64,000 bases of DNA. Source: Squalus acanthias. Taxonomy: Eukaryota. The stretch spans positions 50,222,001 to 50,286,000 of the forward strand of contig CM059432.1 in the NCBI GenBank assembly GCA_030390025.1. Direction: 5' to 3'. Both the position numbers and the translations under genes were made by a program. This document shows positions 63,674 through 64,000 of the stretch, one piece after another (within the stretch, counting starts at the first letter, position 1; each line of letters starts with the position of its first letter). Below the pieces are notes generated by a model, which saw only the letters and a program-made list of their open reading frames with translations, did not search any database and was not told the DNA's origin.

Positions 63674-64000
63674 GGCCGGAATTTTGCCAGTGCTCAGCGG
63701 ACGGGATCAGTGGCGGGTCGGCAGTTAAATGTGAATTGATTGACAGCAGGTTGGGAACCCACTGTCAAATCGCGCACACTGGCCTTTCCCGATGTCAGGT
63801 CTGCCAGCGCTGGCAGGGGAGCCAATTTAAATGATTAGTGGCTTGTTTACAGCCATTTAATAATGGTTTTAGACTTACCTTTTGATTTTGACAGCTCGTC
63901 CACGGGTTTCACGCTGTTGCTAGATCTGTGAAGCTGAGGCGGGAGGTCAGTTGCCATTGAAGCAGCTGATGAGTTGACAGCTTCAAGTGTCAAGTAAAAG
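63674..64000. mobile_element. Left end of another Harbinger-type element, inserted in a DeuSINE fragment and running off the window
   Basis: ggccggaattttgccag TIR directly after SINE sequence gcagcactccctcagtactgc (about 63630-63670). Confidence 0.7.

Noticed and set aside
1..64000. CRISPR arrays, operons or other prokaryotic systems
   Set aside because: No repeat-spacer array or gene-dense structure; the content is vertebrate-type repeats with spliceosomal introns.

Overview
Eukaryotic, repeat-dense DNA with no prokaryotic features. The repeat set (DeuSINE/SacSINE1-like SINEs, CR1, L2, Neptune-type Penelope) suggests a cartilaginous fish; this is an inference. Most of the window is nested mobile DNA. 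(1) A PIF/Harbinger assemblage: one full-length two-gene element (3278-7538; degenerate DDE transposase on +, spliced Myb/SANT partner on -), several derivatives that keep the Myb gene but have lost the transposase core, and about ten MITEs with related TIRs and 3-bp TSDs. (2) A young, nearly intact Gypsy element with CsRn1-clade hallmarks (19688-24055). (3) A Penelope-like element with pseudo-LTRs, a 14-bp TSD and minimal hammerhead ribozyme motifs (40144-43892), plus a short fold-back derivative. (4) Many decayed LINEs and SINEs. I cannot name any host gene; only weak candidate exons are visible. The most notable pattern is the repeated, apparently independent deletion of the transposase catalytic core with retention of a Myb gene whose 240/160-nt exon layout is conserved, alongside MITEs carrying promoter motifs and splice donors.
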